Shown: piece after piece, positions 62,678 through 64,000 of the stretch
Layout of the letters: each line of letters opens with the position of its first letter
How positions within the stretch are numbered: position 1 is the stretch's first letter
Assembly (NCBI GenBank): GCA_030770535.1
Contig: JASVEC010000002.1
Location: 310,001-374,000, forward strand
Direction of reading: 5' to 3'
Length of the DNA: 64,000 nucleotides
From: Batkoa obscura
Taxonomy: Eukaryota
Notes under the pieces: model-generated
The model's input: the letters and a program-made list of their open reading frames with translations, nothing else
What the model was told of the DNA's origin: nothing
The model's database searches: none
Translations under genes and position numbers: made by a program

Positions 62678-63520
62678 ATATTATGTACTATCTATTCCAC
62701 GGTATTATCATATATCTTTGCTCCTTCTCCCAAGTCTAATTGAAATAGTTTCCCATATCTTGCTTTATTATATCAATGTTTGTATATATGAACCAAAATT
62801 CACATAAATAATATAGATCATCCTTTGTTATCATACATTCGCCATGTTCTACCCTTGGTATTACCGCATTAATTTTATAAAATAAAATACTTAAAAATAA
62901 TAGAAACAGTATAGTTGTTAAAGATAGTTAGGTAACACTTTTTTTAATTTTTATGTAATCTTTACTCTTTAGTTTGAATTTTATTAAAACTTCCTCATGT
63001 TTTTACAGTATATTATAATTTCCTAAAGCATTGATTTGATTTATTTAATTTGTTAAAACATCATGCACCATTTATAGCTTGATTTTCTATACCCTTATCT
63101 CCTTCATATCCGACATTTTTTTCTTACATTTCAATATTATCAATTTTGTGCAAGAGTTAAAGATTTGATATGTAAAACTGTTATTTTCTATGATATTTTA
63201 TCATAGAAAATTCGAATAAGAATCCTTATTTTATAAAAATAAAAGTGTTACATTAAAATACTAGACAACAACTATCCTTTTCATAGGCTATATATAGGTT
63301 AGTATATTTTAGCATTCAATTTCAGACGCTAATTTATAAATAGTCAAACACTTGGTCTAAATAATCATTACACTATGATTAAAAATTCAACTATTTTAAA
63401 GGAGAAACTGTACCATATAAAAATTACAAAATTTGATTCAGTTCTCAGGATAATAAGACCAAAGTTGCATTTAAACGAATAATAAAAAATAAATAAATAA
63501 CATAAGTTTACTCTACAATC

Positions 63521-63956
63521 CTATTTATTCAAATTGAGTGTTACCACCTTAGTAACAATTTTATAAACTCTTCCGCTTTCAGACGACTTTTCCCCACAAG
63601 CATAAGCATACAATTCACTTTAACTATTAGTATATATGTATTGAATTATAATATGATTACCTAGCAATATGAGAAAGGGGAGTCCAGCTTGAAAAATCAG
63701 AAGATGGCATATCTTTACGATTATTAGGTGTATCAAGCATAACTCTGAGATTTATATTTAAAATAAGTAAACATAAATATAAATATATTCTTACGGTGCA
63801 ATAGCAATAACCTTAGCTCCTTTTGGTAAACCGGAATTGTCTTGTGCTAAAGAGGCAGTTAATTGATGGACTGCTGCTTTGGCCATACCATAACCAATGG
63901 CAAATGAGCTACCACCTAATGCTCCAGCAGCACCAGTTAATACCAAAAGACCGTTT
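63521..63956 (-). CDS. QDPR: Dihydropteridine reductase, last 3 exons (5' part outside the window)
   Basis: Spliced: [82 protein letters not shown] and [17 protein letters not shown] are DHPR hallmarks. Confidence 0.93.
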
Positions 63957-64000
63957 CTATCAATTAAATAATCAAAATTAATAAAAATAAAAATAAAAAT

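Larger units (their letters stand above)
60742..62915 (-). pseudogene. Kelch-like membrane protein pseudogene (P7), split by a transposon insertion
   Basis: N-terminus VIPRVEHGECMITKDDLYYL..LFQLDL at 62.7-62.9 kb; TM LIGGIVGGISKVILISIAVL and tail ITEPVHIESINPLD..HYSTEMFSYS at 60.8-61.0 kb. Confidence 0.85.

Overview
Very AT-rich eukaryotic (fungal) genomic DNA with short GT-AG introns. The gene content (class IV chitin synthase, NodB chitin deacetylases, QDPR, F-box/LRR-like gene) suggests an early-diverging fungus, possibly Entomophthoromycota/Conidiobolus-like; this is inference. A compact conserved core at ~24-49 kb holds a CPSF6-like RRM gene, a HAL/NPR-type kinase, RCHY1/Pirh2, URM1, HEM13, FIG4, a Rax1-like RGS gene, an F-box gene, the chitin synthase and a LEA_2-like membrane protein. 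Repeat-rich zones lie on both sides. Each has one small homeobox gene and copies of a Kelch-like single-pass membrane protein family (1 intact gene, about 7 pseudogenes). About 21 copies of a ~97-bp MITE (GGGG...CCCC termini, 4-bp AWWT target duplication) are scattered through non-coding DNA. There is also a probable Sola-type transposase relic with the same terminus, a solo LTR and other foldback elements. The window ends in the 3' part of a dihydropteridine reductase gene. All calls come from reading the sequence by eye; no searches were run.
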